From: Vermamoeba vermiformis
Taxonomy: Eukaryota
Assembly: GCA_045837725.1 (NCBI GenBank)
Contig: JBEWZL010000282.1
Location: 186,001 to 250,000, forward strand
Length of the DNA stretch: 64,000 nucleotides
Direction of reading: 5' to 3'
Program-made: the position numbers and the translations under genes
Notes under the pieces: model-generated
Told to the model about the DNA's origin: nothing
The model's input: the letters and a program-made list of their open reading frames with translations, nothing else
Database searches by the model: none
Shown: in pieces, positions 12,834 to 27,293 of the stretch
Position numbering within the stretch: the stretch's first letter is position 1
How the letters are laid out: each line of letters opens with the position of its first letter

Positions 12834-14447
12834 TTAGTTGTCTTTAGCATCAGCGAAAGTCTCCATCAGATCCGTCAAAGTAATGATGCCCAAAGGTTTC
12901 TTCTCAGCATCAACAACGTACAATCGGTGGACTTGCGTCTTAGTCAAAATATTAAGGACATCGCGCAAAGTGTTGTCTTGAGTAACTACAACGGGCTTGG
13001 CTATAATTTCCTCGGACTTGCGCTTCAAAAACTAAAAAAAATGCTGTCAGATCCAACGCAAAGTACCACTATGGCGAAATCAGAGAGCTTATAGTAATTG
13101 ATCTAGATAATCAAAATATGATAAATACCTTTTCCAATGGCTCCAACAAGGCATCAAACATCTTTTTGTTGTATTCCAAAAGCTACGAAGAATAAGTAAG
13201 CAACGGGAAGTTGGATGCGCGCACGTAAATTTTTGGTTGAACATACCTTCAAATCAGAAACGCTCAAATTATCTACAATAGCGCCATCGTCATCGACAAT
13301 AGCAACACCGCTAATGTTACTCAATTGGATTGTCTTGAACGCATCCAGAGCTCCTCGAGGAAAAAATGGGGTCAACAAGAATGTACATACAAAAGTTATA
13401 ATCATTATTATATACTAGTCTATTTGATTATTTAGTAAAAAATTACTACTTACTAGATTTGTTCAGGTTGACCGAAATAACGGGAGTCTTGCCCAAGCCC
13501 AGATCTTTGACCTTTTTGTTACCCAAGTGTAAACTGAATAACATCGATTAGTACGTTCTGATTATCACATTGCCTATTATAGCAATAATACGTACTCGTC
13601 GACCAATTTAGCCAAATACTGAATAATCTTTGATTGTGTCAAAACCGATACCAACTCGCCCTCTTTGTTCAACACAGCCAAGCGATGTGCCTATAATTTA
13701 GCATTAGAATACGAACTATCGCACTATACCCATCAACTTTAATTGATTTATCGATCTAGTTTTTGTATCGCTCGCTATGTAATAACGAGAAAAGATCTAC
13801 AAAAGGGTACATCCGCGCAGCATTTAAAACTCAATGCAAAGCGATATGCTTAGCTTAAAATAGCATTATACTAGTGTAACGTACCTTGGTCGTGCATAAT
13901 TCATTCACAGCCTTTTGTAGAGTAGCACTCGCTTCAATGGTATGATAAAAGTTTCGTTGCGATTTGTTGACAAGATCTGCAAGAGAAAACAATAGTGTTA
14001 TTTTATACGCTCGCTACTAGATATTATTTTTAATGAGGTCATGATTAAATCGAGTAATTCGACTTTGTAAATATTCAATAAAAAATATCAGAAAATCAAA
14101 AATTATTACGCAGCGATTTGTAATTATTATTTACCTAAGCAAGGCTCGTTTTCAAATTCTTCATCTTCAATGCCTAATTTTTCGCGCAGAGGGTGCTCTT
14201 GTTGAAGCTCGAGAGTGTGGGTAACGATATCGATCAGATCTAAAAACGCATAGAACTTCTTCGTCTTATGATCGTATATGGGCACTGATAATATACTGTT
14301 GTCGGCTAATTTGTTGAATACAGACTCAACCGTTTCGTGCGCCTCAGCCGAGATCAGTTTGTAGTTCGCTGGAAATATGTCTGAAACTGACTTGTTCTGC
14401 AATGCATCCTTGATTGATTTGATATGTTTAGATGTATCATTGCCCAT
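12834..14447 (-). CDS. Four-CBS-domain protein (AMPK-gamma/Sds23-like) with possible N-myristoylation start
   Basis: MGNDTS start; CBS motifs ILSVPIYD, HRLAVLN, ISGVAIVD, VHRLYVVD...GIITLTD. Confidence 0.85.
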
Positions 14448-14746
14448 TTTCTTGTGTTTAGGAGTGTGGGTGTTAGTTTTTTCTTTTTTGATCAAATACA
14501 AAAAGAAACTTTTTTTCATTGAGAGCGATGACTTGAAGTGAATCGAATGAATGGCGAGGTTACAAGAAGTGTAAATTGAAATCGGTTAAGCCATGTTTCA
14601 GTCAATTTGCTGAATACGTCCTTCTTGAAAACGATGAAATTTTCATGAATTTCAGATCAGATTTTTACCATACAAAAGCTGAAAAACTTTTCATTTTTAT
14701 CATTCAAGAAACAACAAGCACCACTCGTTACATCAAACGCTTAATA

Positions 14747-15364
14747 ATGTCTCACGTTAACTCTACTGTCCGCGATCTCATTGCTCACCAACAATTAGTG
14801 GTCGTAGGACCCAAAGAAACCCTCGAAAAAACATTTGCTATGATGCTCAAGTACAATATTCGTCACTTGCCAGTCGTCAATGACCAAGGAGAAGTAGTTG
14901 GAATGGTTTCTGACCGCGACATCCGACTTGCTGCTGACAGTCCCATTTTGAACAAAGGTATTTAGCTATTTCTTAATACTTAAATCATACCTCCTTTTAT
15001 TGCAAAGCTATTGGAGGTGTAGGAGACGAATTGCGCGATAAGGAGCTTATGCATCTATTTGGAAACATAATTAATTACCACAAACTAGAATATTTGAATT
15101 AAAAGCTGTAGTGATTCTAATCTTTTGTATTTAGATGCCCAAAAGATTGTTGATAAACTATCTAAGGTCCACGTCGAGCAAGTAATGAGCACATCTTTAG
15201 TCACTGTAGACGAAAATTCGCCAATCCTCGAAGCCGCAAAGCTTATGCGAGTGTCAAAGGTCGGCGGTCTGCCAGTACTTAAGCCTGGTACTAAATTGTG
15301 CACTGGCTGCTTGACTACAGTCGACCTTGTCGATCAGTTGATCCGAATCTTAGAGCCTTTGTAA
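14747..15364 (+). CDS. Small two-CBS-domain (single Bateman module) protein
   Basis: IRHLPVVN...GMVSDRDI and VGGLPVL...GCLTTVD; one intron. Confidence 0.88.
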
Positions 15365-15853
15365 AACCATAGCAACTAGTTGAGAGCAACCATATTTTAA
15401 AATATCGTGGTCGCTTTTAAGGCTAGTTTGTTGTCAAAATCAATGTATAAAGTCGAATTTTTCTTTCAAAATCCGTTGATCTGCGTGTCTTCCTATTTTT
15501 TTGGTTGCGAACTCTATCTTTCTGTAAGTCTGCTCACTTTTTGAACTGCGGATCTGCTCTTTCGCCTTGCCTCAGTTAGTACAATCGTTCATGAAACAAA
15601 TTAGTCCGATCTAACCATCAGCACTAGAACCAAACAACGCTGCGACTTCTTCATCAAACTCATATTGAAACTTCATATCAAAATAACCTATAACAAGTAA
15701 GTATTGACGTTTGACCAAGTCCTCCACGAGCAATTTTCCAATTTTCAATTTCATGTCTCTTCACGCTGATTGAACCACGACGCCGAACCGTTGGTGCTAT
15801 TAATTATTTTATTTATATATTAGTGTATTAGTCCTCAACTCAACATCAGTAGT

Positions 15854-17862
15854 ATGAATTGGTTGAGGGTCAGATTGGATCTTGTTGCCTTCGTGCTTAT
15901 CTTTGTGCCATTAATTTATGCAGACACATATGCACTCCCGCCTATGACCAGTACGTATAATAATAATATTATACTCTTATAAATAAACTGTGACAAGCGG
16001 TGTAATTAATTTCAACTGCGTGTCAGATCTGCTTCTAAAAAACTTGAAAAAATTATTTATTAGTAGTGCGTTCCTCAATAATACGTGATTTATAAATGTG
16101 CGCTAATAAATAATTTTCGTAATTTAATTTCGATTTTTCTTTCTTCCTCCACGTCAAGCCGGATCAATTCCACTTCCGCTTCTAATCAATTATTTATTAT
16201 AGGACTTGTTAATCAATGTTTTGACGGCCCTCTCGGTGCACAAGTATGCGTCCAAGTAAATAAAACAGGCTGTCTATCCATGGTACGTTTTATTTTTAAA
16301 AACATCGTAAACCATAATAAAATTCTGACTATAAATTTCTTAGAATGTTGATATCTCTTTAAACGGTGCTTCTTTAATGAGCGGAGAACGATCGATTGCA
16401 CAGTTGGTCCAAGATATCAAGATAAATGTACGTACTATTGACACGCACGTAATTACCTTGTAATTCCAAATGCTCATCGCACTATATTTAGAATACTGCT
16501 ACATTGCCCTTGTCATATTGCCAAAACGTAGAATTGTAAGTCCTCAAAACTTCAAAAAATTGACAGCGGATCCCGCACACTTCTGTCAACTTTTGCTATG
16601 ATATGGCAATACTAACATCATTCAGACCTCTGGGAACATGCAATGCCTGTCTCGAAGTGAAGAGCTACAGAATGACAACGCAATCACGTACAATTGAACT
16701 CGCTGGCACGGCTTCAGTCTCGTGTCCAGGCGATATCAACCAGTCATTCCAGATCGATAACTTGAGACTGGATGATTGTTTCTGGGGTATGCATATATCA
16801 CTACTTATAGTACCTTGCGTGTCTAATATATCTATACGTAGTGTGCCCTAATGACTGCCCTAATGGCGCGTGCTCAATTGACGGAAAGTGTCAGTGCAAT
16901 GCTGGTTATTACGGGCCTGATTGTTCAATTTACGAACGAAACAACTGTTATAACGGAACTATCTTCCCCGAAAATAACTTGTGCCTTCAATACTCTGAGC
17001 AAGATTGCAAACTCTTGGTAAGAACGAATTTTTTCGTGATCCAGCGAGCAAGATCTAACTTCAATGACATTCCTAGCTCGCGCATGCTATTAGTTCAGGC
17101 AATACCGTCTACAGCCATTACTTTAATATTGCAAATATCACGCACCCGGTCAACAGAAACAAGCACTATCCAATCTACCACTCAAACAACGCTGCCATCT
17201 CGCCTGGTTGCCGAGCCACAATCTATGCTTATCGATATGTTATTGACGCCTATATAGATCGAGTGGTAAGTAGCCCTCGGCCTGTCTATGGAAAGCATGA
17301 CCCATGCTAATTACAACAATTAGACCCCGCCTTTAATGCACTGCCGAGCGATCGATTACGAGTGTCAAGGACAAAAAGATTTGTTGTTGATGGGCACTTA
17401 TCCAATTGATCAATGCGAGACTGTAGTCAACATAAACTTCACTAAGTGCAATCCACCAACACCAACAGCTCCATATGCTCGCGAACCTATCTCGCACGGT
17501 CACACCCCTCCCGTAAGTCATTCTTTGGTGGACTTTTCCAATGTTAGGTATTAACATTCCGATGCAACGATTAGATTCCCCCACCACGCCCGGGACCTCC
17601 TCCTCGTCCCGCAGTGCCTGTTAGCCAAGAACCAACAGAAGAGGTCGAAGAAGGGTCGAACATTGGCAAGAACGTAGTGATCGCATTAGCAGTCCTCGTT
17701 GGTGCCGCTATTCTTATTGTCGGTGCTTATGTGTTGTACAAGCGATGGAAGCAGCGACAACAGATTGAAATGATTGGCGAATATGTCACTGAAGATATTT
17801 TTGACAGCGATGACGATGAAGAGCTTGTAACGTTAGAACCTCAGCCTGGATTGCGCGTGTAA
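15854..17862 (+). CDS. Cys-rich type I membrane protein with an EGF-like domain
   Basis: Signal peptide, CPNDCPNGACSIDGKCQCNAGYYGPDC, Pro-rich stalk, TM VVIALAVLVGAAILIVGAYVLY followed by KRWK and an acidic tail. Confidence 0.8.
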
Positions 17863-17999
17863 TATTTTTGAAATCCTCTTGTAGATAAATACTAATATTA
17901 AACTTATTTCTAATAATACCGCGTTTATCTTTTTTCATTTCAAGAAAAAAACAAAAATTTTTGAGGGATCGATCTATTTATCAATTCTACTAATAGATT

Positions 18000-19920
18000 T
18001 TAAGAGGTGTCCATGGTCTCGTTCTTAGCACCTTCTTGGGCTTGCTTCTTGGCCTTGGCCTTCTTTTTCTTCTTGTTACGCTTCAAGCTCATAGCCATAA
18101 CAGTCTTGATCTCTTCGTTGTTGTCGATCGAGAACGAAGATGAGACGTAAGGCAAGGGGAATTCGTTCAACTTCATGGTGGAGTTGGGCAACACCAAGAC
18201 GGTGCACTTGAAGTGAGCGACGAACTCACCGGCCTTCTCGAACAAAACGGGGTAAGCGTGAACCATGTCGTGCTTGACCAACTCGGTGATACCGGGGCGA
18301 GCAGTCTTGGCATCAAAAGCTCTATTATAATAACACTATTAGTCATGGGTCTCGGGTAGTACATTAACCCCGCCAAGCTCTATAACTCCGTGCACTATGG
18401 CCCGTGTTGGAGCACTGACAAGTCACGTACCTCAAAGTGAAAGGCAAGGTAGCAAATCGCTTGTTAGCTTCAGACAACAAAGCACGCGAGCTCTTCATCT
18501 TGAGACCGTAGCTCTGGTCAATAGCGCGCTTGTAGACGGTGGTTCTGGCTTCACCTTCACGGGCCTTGCCTTCACCAGTGCTCATAACAATGTCCAAGCC
18601 GTAGACTTCATTCTCTTCAAACTCGAATGTGTCGACTTGGTTCTCGAGGTCAGGCTTGTTAAGAATGACCTTGTTGGCGTCGATAATGTAACGCTTCATT
18701 TGGTGCGACAAAACACCTTCAACGGGCTTGCAGTTGAAAGTCTCAGCGACTTTTTGAATAATGTTGGAAACGTCTTGGTTCTACGATATAAAATATTAGA
18801 AATCGATGTATATTAAGGACGTGATTATCGTTGTAATATAGCGATAACTTACGGTCTTGCCGGGGCGGATCAATCTCAAAGCGCTTTCGAGAGCGAAGTA
18901 AGCGGCGCAAATAACGTCAGCAGGGCGACCAGTAAGGACGTTCTCGGGGGTCTGACCAGCAACGAGAGTGTGAGCGCATTGGGAAATGAAACCGTCGATG
19001 TGAACACCAAGATCGCTAAGCAAAAAAAATTAATAATTAGAAAAAATTTAATATAAATTAGCCTGGATCTCCAATTAAACGCTAATTTCGTCTAATATTA
19101 TATCTTGAATACTATACTAATATTATAAATAAATTAACACTTACACCTTGACAACATCACCAGTCTTGATAACGAGAGTATCGTTATCGTAAGGAGAGTA
19201 GTGGCCGACGCAGTTGTTAACAGAGACGCAAGTAGGGAAGGCAATACCACGCTTGAACTTGGTCCAAGTCTTAGAAAGGCTGGTAAAAAAATTCTGGATT
19301 AGATCTCGGATGCGCGATCAAAGATTCGGATTTGGGTCCACAATGACTTACGCTTCGTCGATCAACTTATCACCAAGAGCGCAGACCTCAACAACACGTC
19401 GTTCAGGGGTGCAAGCAGCCAAGACTTGAAGCATAACAGCTGCAGGATAAATCGTTAGTATTTGTGGATTCGGCGGTGTAATTGAAGCTGTGCGGTTGTA
19501 ATTATAATAATTTGCTTTGATATTTTGTGTGTGTAATATTCACTTGTAGGAACGATAAAATTCAAAAGGGAAGAGGACGATGCGATCAAATCAGAAAAAT
19601 AATTATCGTAGATTTAGTTTAATTTTGCTTCCATCGCCCAAAAATAGTATTACAATGTACACGTATAATTATTATGCAATTAATTCATTATAATAAGAAA
19701 GCACGAAAGAAAAAAAGTAGAACAGCTCGATCCACGAGATTACAAAATTTTGTTTGGACAGAGTAATGCATCGATCACTCATATATTAATATTACTTACC
19801 ATTAGCAATCTCAGCAGCAGCTCTGTACTTGTCCACAACTTCGGGACGTGAGAGATCTAAGTTCTCATCCTCCTCTTCTTGTTCGAGTTGAGCGTCTTCG
19901 TAATCACTGTCGTCAGACAT
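18000..19920 (-). CDS. PA2G4: Proliferation-associated 2G4 / EBP1 (inactive M24 peptidase fold)
   Basis: VVDKYRAAAEIAN, GIAFPTCVSVNN, DLGVHIDGF, EGVLSHQMKR, FVAHFKCTV and a Lys-rich tail. Confidence 0.95.
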
Positions 19921-20370
19921 TATTATATTATTTTAATAGAACGTGCTGTTATGTGCTAAAGCAACACTAAAATGATAATTTTCACGCTGGCCTCGTTGGC
20001 TTTGGCCCGCATTTTTTGGCCTTCCAAAATTTGACTCGTTATTTTGCCGATCAAATACTTACAGAGCCCACAGCTCATCTAGATATAAAAATAACTAGCA
20101 ATTGATGTAATAGCTACTTCGTTCGCGTAGAAATGAAATAATTTGGCTAATCTGGGGTTTTGAGAGAAAAACTTTTAGATTTCAATTCAACTGCACCTCC
20201 AAGCAAAATTATAAGGACAATACATTGATTCGGCATAAATACGGTAGTAATTTATTATACTCGTTTTGTCTTTTAACCACGGACACAAAGAATTCAAAAT
20301 AATTGTTCTCTGAAATCCGGATTTCGTGCGTATTTGCTTCTTTCATGTCTGTCCCAGTCGCGAGACTGAT

Positions 20371-20767
20371 TCAATGTTTGTAATAGAAGGTTGAGCATGG
20401 TTCAACCTTTTGGACGTCGTCCTCGTCCTCCAAAGCCCCTGTAGCGTTGATCATCCTGGAGACAATGTTAATCCAGCGTTGAATGAGGTTATGAGTTGCT
20501 TACGTATCAACGTCCTCCTCAAACATAAGGTCTTCTTGAGGTTCTACTTCCATTGGGACGTCCTCTTGTTCTTCTTCACTTTCAGGCTCCTCATCGGCGT
20601 CACCAGCGAGTGTCTCTGAACTCTCATTCATGTCTAATAACTCTTCCGTGATTTCCATCATTCTAAAATTACCCCAAAAATTATAAAGATATTACAGAAG
20701 ATAGTATTAAGTACCCATACCGGTCGAGTAGTTCATTCACAGAATTGGGATCAAGTTCTTCAGCCAT
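20371..20767 (-). CDS. Small, very acidic protein (~97 aa), unknown function
   Basis: Three exons join in frame: MAEELDPNSVNELLDR|MMEITEE...EEDVDT|MINATG...FYYKH*. Confidence 0.6.
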
Positions 20768-21948
20768 TTTTGATTTGTTGTGTGGGTGTTCACTCTACAA
20801 AGTGCAAGTAAAGAATACTATTATTCGCATGAAACCATATATGGTTCTTTTGTTTGGTTGCTTTGTTATAAACATTTGATCTGTTGATTTGCTTGCTTCG
20901 GCTTTGTGAACAGGCGTGCTTTCCCTGAGATTTCAGCTGGAAGGTTACCCGTCCACAGACACGGCCGATAGTAATAACCTACTGTAGGACAATGGCATTG
21001 ACTCGCAGCAAGCCTTTGAGTGACGAACTAGAGGTTGACACGCGTGTCAAAAATCATGGGAAGGCAATCGCGTAAAGGTGGTAGACGAACGACTGCATCT
21101 AGCAACTATTATTATTAGTCGACTGCAGAGTATATTATATCATGGGACAGTCAGCACTTACATACTCGGCGTCCAATGTCGGATGGAGTTTCCGCTGGTC
21201 TAAAAGTGTCACGGTGCCTCAAAAACTAATTCTTCTTTACTAATACTGCAGTTTCATGCAGATATCTAGCTAACATTGAATTTGATATCCTGGTTAGTGA
21301 GTGTAGTAAACCACCACGACACGTAAGGATCTATTTTTGGAATTTTCATTGCATACTCCGCGTTATAAAGGATGGTATGATATGGCAATAACGCACTCGC
21401 AATTAAATCAATCGATATTTTCGTTGCCTTCGCGTTCACGATGCTCGAGCCATACCTCTACCCCCAAGTGCGACTAAAATGTAAAATATTCTATTGTCAA
21501 ATATTAAATGGCGCGCGGGTGTCACTAATCATATTTCCTCAGCGACCTATTTTTAAAATTATTATTAATCATTTACGTGAGGATAGAGCTGGTAGCGCAT
21601 CTGCTTACTGTTCGTTGATTATGTCGGTACCCTTGACGACCAGCGCCAAAGGGCCTAGGTTTTCCTATTAATAGACTCATGCCACTAGTAATTGATATTG
21701 CACAGAGATTATACAGCGCATTTGTGGTGTTGCCTCAGCACGTGTACATTAGCTCGAGCGAAAAAAATTTAATCAAAACCTATCTGCGTAACAGAGAACA
21801 ACACGATCAATATGATCTACTTTACCTCAATGTAGCATACGCAGTTACTTATGATTGTTGGGTCACGGGCATGTGAGCCAGAAAGGCAATCGTAACTTTG
21901 CCAGTCACTAGCCGTTTTTTTTCGATCGACCATTTCAATTACAAAACA

Positions 21949-23807
21949 ATGACTGAAAGGAGCTGCTCTTCATGCACATTAATCAACTCGCCTACTCGTG
22001 GTAAATGTAAGGTATGCGATAGTAAGCTCGAAGAGGCAAGCTGGAACTGCGATGCGTGCACCTTGATCAATTCGGAGAATGATACAGCATGTCAAGCTTG
22101 CGGAAAATCGCGTCTTAAAAAGCCTAAAATATCGAACGATATTATTATCGACGAAAAAGAAAATTTTGGTATGTTGCAAATATTTAAATTAATTTTTCCT
22201 GGATGGCGCAAAAAAAATTCGAACTTTCGGCCCCCATCTTTCGCCCCCCATCTTTCGCCATTGATTTTAATCCTCTGTACCAACAATATAGTATGCCCGT
22301 CATGCGGTTCATCGTTTAGTTCGCTTCACATCTTCTCAGAACACCTAGAATTGCACGATCAGCTGCACCAGAACAAGAGCGAAGGTTATCTGGCCCAGTA
22401 CAAGCGACGCGTGGAGAGCGCGGTTCAACGTAATGTTATATCCTCCTCGTTCGGCAAACGCAAGATAGCAGAGTTAGACGAGCACATGCGCGGAGCAGAC
22501 TCAGAAACAATGACCAAAGGTACGCGTGCTCGATCTGACCTAAACTGACTTAGTTAAGCAATCAAAGCGAATCGAATGATACGCATTCTTACTTTTATCT
22601 CGGTTGATTATGTTACGAGCTAATTTAAGCACGTCAGGAATTAACTTCGAACTTTAGGTTTGATCTCGCTTCTAAATAAGGCGCTGAAGGGTCAGGGCAA
22701 GTGGAAAGACATTATCATGTGCAGTGACACGGGTACGTTGTAGTGGAGGAATTTGTGCTCCGATAGCGCGATGACATTTGCCACGGAACAATTTGGTGGA
22801 TGCGCCTTGCCTCGTTTTGCGCAACTGATCTGACGTGTATTCTTCCTTAGATTACTTCTCCAGTGGATTTGGAGACATGGGCTGGGGATGTGGCTATCGC
22901 AATACACAAATGATCTGCAGCGCATTGATGAACAACGTTGCAGCATTTAAGTCTTGTCTGTTCGGCGGATGTGGCTTCATACCATCAATCCTCGGGCTAC
23001 AAGGTATGGGAACGATCCAAAAGCTATATATTCATATATTTTGCGTCTCGTGATATCACATTCTGATCCACATTTGTAGAATGGTTGGAAAAAGCGTGGA
23101 AAAGCGGCATTGATCCCGACGGAGCAAACCAGCTCGGCCATGAAGTCTACGATACTAAGAAATGGATTGGCACGTCTGAGATGTACGCTTTGCTGACTAG
23201 CTTTAGAGTCAAGTAAGGATGCTGTTCGAGCCGTTACGCGGTTTTTTTCTTACGTATCTGGCTTTGGCGAATTCGCAGTTCTAACGCAGTACTGCAGGGT
23301 CGAGGTCATCGATTTCTATTCGAAGCGGCTGCCGGATGACGTCATTGAGCAGGCTCGGATGAAGGCCCCGGACAAAGAGCCGAAAAAGTATCGTCCTAAC
23401 AAAGCCATGATGCAGTGGATTTGGTCTTACTTCAACGACAGAAAGGACCAGGAGTTCATTCCCCCGCTCTACTTCCAATACGATGGTAAGTTTATAACTA
23501 TTGATACTTAAAATGGCAATTCTGAATCGGGGCTCGTTGTTACGTAGGGCACTCGTTAACCATCGTAGGATGCGTTCGAGATTTTAAGAACAACGTCGAC
23601 ATTGTGCTGTTTGACCCGTCTGTATGGAGCAGGAAGCAAAAGCCTAAGATAGAGGCGGGCACTGTTCCCTCTAAACTTAAGCGCACGATCCGCGGCATTT
23701 GTCGCGATAAATACCAGATCGGTTTTATTGCTAGCGATAAGCCAGAAGCTGAAAATTATCCTGCTGCCAACAAGACTTTTAAAACGACGGCGATTTACAG
23801 TGATTAA
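21949..23807 (+). CDS. ZUP1: ZUP1/ZUFSP-family (peptidase C78) deubiquitinase with two RanBP2/NZF fingers and a C2H2 finger
   Basis: GDMGWGCGYRNTQM catalytic Cys motif, KWIGTSE, PPLYFQ..GHSLTIVG, LFDPS. Confidence 0.85.
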
Positions 23808-24448
23808 GGCACAGAGAATTTATCATAAATTTTTATTCTTGTGGAGGACGATCCACCCAACTGATAAATTTGTCCAAAATAAGAAAGGTAAGTGGCAAAT
23901 CTGATTATCAATAATCCTATGTTAATTCATATTATAGGTGAACGTACCATCGAATTCTATCTTTGAAAGTGCTTCTAGAGTCCGCCCGAAGATTTGTGTC
24001 AACGTTTCAGGGTCCGAGATCTCTTTGATAACTCGCCCCACAACGAATCACACCTGCCAAAACGTTGCAGAATAAAAGTCCCCTATTGCAACACTACTTT
24101 TGAGCACGCTTTATGGTCGTAGTATTGCGGAGATTAAAGGTATATAAAGATAAGGAATTCCATTTATGTTAATACCAATTTACGCAGATTAATATCTCGC
24201 AACGAAACCGATAGAAATCAAAACAACCTGCTATCGTATTGGCACGTAAAACATAGAAACCCGCGTTTAGTGAATGGTTTGCCCTGGATCTAGCCCTGGA
24301 TTTGATTCACACATCACGCGGTCCTGTCCTAATTTTCCCAGGAGAGATTCGCGGGTGTGATTCCAAAAACTTGTTATGTGCTCATGCCGTTTTTATTGTT
24401 ATTATAAATAGCGAACGCAACACAACAGATCGCAAAACTGCAACAGCG

Positions 24449-25314
24449 ATGGAATTAGTGATGGCTTACGAAGATAACAGCAAGAAGCGAAAGGCTCCCG
24501 AGACGTTGCTCGAATTTAGCGACTACATTGCACCAATTTCTTACAAGAAGCAAAAGACTTGGCATTCCGAATCTCTTACCGATGCAGATGGCACAATCAT
24601 CCCGCCTTTCTACACCGTTGGCGAACTGATGGGTTTCAACTTCGACTTCCCTGAACTACCTTTGGACGAAGAAAGTCCCTCTGGTTCATCGATCGAAGAA
24701 GATGTGTCTGTTGGTGAGGAAGCATCCACTCCTGCGGACTCGCCGGATCTGTCGGCGACTAAGAAGAGAAAGAAGGGCCGTCCAGTTAAATATCAAGTTT
24801 ATCCTTCCGACTTCGACATTACCGTAGTATTGCAAGACACTAGATTCGATGAAGAGAACTCCTGTCCCAACAAGACCATCATTCGGGCCATTAAGTATAC
24901 TATGGACAACAAAGCAATTTTGCAACGCAATGTTTCATCTCTTATTGGCGTTAGGTAAAGTTTAACGGGAATATTTCGTTCGCAACCTTTACTGATCGGA
25001 TTACGTAACTAGCCCCAGTACCTTAAGTTTGTATATGAACGAAACCAATCGACAGAATGGCTGGAGGACATTTGAGAAAAAGGCTTTGAGTTGGTTGAGG
25101 AAAGTTTGGGATGTGCGCCCGATCGAACAAGGTAAGTTGAAAGCTTTGATCTTATTGCATCATACAAATTCATTGAGCATCATAATACTATTCAAATACC
25201 ATACTTCAAGTATTTAGTTTCGATTCTAACCCCGAAACTGACCGCGATTTTTTTCGAGTCGCAGATTCTCCGTCCTACCCAACTGAATTCCCTGAGGATG
25301 TATTCAACATGTAA
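24449..25314 (+). CDS. KRKAPETLLEF-family putative HTH DNA-binding protein, copy 1
   Basis: Exons 24449-24954, 25013-25131, 25265-25314; contains LQRNVSSLIGVSPSTLSLYMN...GWRTFEKKALSW. Confidence 0.8.
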
Positions 25315-27293
25315 TAGTGTTTCTACATGTCTCATAGATGTATATAGTGCGATTTTTTTGAATAAACCTTGTATTATTAGTGCGAAATCGTGTCACACAT
25401 TGTCAAACCGAAACTGATTTAAAATTGTAACGAGCTCTGTTATCTTGTAGAGGCGATAAGGGCATTTTATAGAATGGGAATAAGAAGCAAAAATGGGACA
25501 GGATAAAATTGAGAATATACTGCAATTGCCGCAAGTGGGTGACGGATCCTACGGTAAAGATAGTCGGTCGGTAAGATCACCGCTCTATATGACCCCTTAT
25601 TGAATAGTGTCCTTTCCTTAATACCCGATAAACTCAATCAGGGTCGTCCAATAGGATAGCGAGGGGCAGAAAATTAAAAGAAAACTCGCCCCACGAATCA
25701 CACGCTAAAAACAGACTGCTGCTTCTGTCATGAATCAAGTTTCATTTTCGGTCCAAGATATTCTATTAAATCTAGACTCGCAAGATAACACAGTGAGGGT
25801 AATCATATTATTGGGTCAGTTTACTGTGGGATCTAAGAAGCTTCTGGATCTGCCGAAGATGGTGTGAGCCAGATGCGTTAAGTAACCCTAAATTTAGGAG
25901 GGCACTTTGTATAAGCTTTTTATAGGGATTAACTATTCATGAAGCAGTTTCCGGCCTCAATGTCGAATTCCGCGATCAAGTGTCAGATCCGATACGAAAA
26001 CTGTCATTTTTTATGTCACCGCAGTACCCATGGGCAAAGAATCGATCACAAATCTGGACCGAAGTGCGCTTTTCTCAAGCAAGGAACTTCCAGGTTGATG
26101 ACGTCCAGCAAATCGACATCCATTTTATTGCTAACCTTCCATTTTAATTCGTTACGGCGCCGCGCTCATTCCCTAAAAACCAGGATTACAGATTTAGCTA
26201 TTTTGAAAGTGAAGCGCATTTGAATTAAATTCTTACTTGTTTGGTAATCTGCGCACGGTTGCTTTCGCCTTAGTTATCGTTATGTTTTGCGAAAATATGG
26301 GCTTTAAGAAAGTTACGAGCAGCCGACCACGTAGAGACTAGTTGTCCGAACTCAAAGTTGCAGAGATCTTACCGAATCAATGCCTCGTACTTCTTGTTAC
26401 GATCGTTCTGTCGTGACCGAACCTCCTATTGCCATCACTATTAATTCATTTCTTTGCCCCAATCGTTAGATGCGCTCAATCTCCGCTAAAGTGGTGGGAA
26501 CGGGTCCTAAAAAGGTTACAACAAGTTAAAATTTTATCTCGTGGCAAAAAACCAATCTGCCACGTGTTGGTAACAGTTCATTCGAATAAATGTCAACGTT
26601 AGCACACGAAGAACATACAAGTGCAGCTGGTGAAAGCAATTTTCGAGTCGAATCTCTCTTGGATGCGTGCACTACACTACAAAACAACTTCGGTGACATT
26701 GGTGCGCTAAAGATAACGTAAATAATAAGTGGCCTATTATTTTTGTGACGAGGTAGCGCTCGCAAGTTAGCGGTACGTTAATTCATGATTTTTAGCTTCA
26801 CCCATCTTGATGGTAATTGAATTTGATTGTAAAAATTATTGTAATATCGGCTGCCGTGGCGAATCGTTGATTTTGGTAATTTTTGTTGAACGAAATAATG
26901 CAAGTTTTCTATTAGATTTGTTCCTGATATTTTTTGTGAATACCGCTTCGACCATGGCACAGTTAATCACATATATATTACATATCTTAGATTTTAGCTA
27001 CTTTTTTGGTGTTATAATACGCAATCAAGTTTAAAGCGTGCAAAAAAATTTGGCGCTCAGCAGATTTGCTTACCAATCGTAGAACTACATTTAATATTGA
27101 CGACCATCCTTGCATTCCATTAAATACTTAAAGTCTATTATATATGTATCGCGAGAGGGTCGTTTGACTTGTTGTGTTCCGATTTTGCATTGATGATTTT
27201 ATTAGTCTATTTATTTTTGATAAGAGGACAATAGGTCCCTCAATATAATGTCTTGTATATAGTATATGTAATATTAGATAACACTATTTAACA

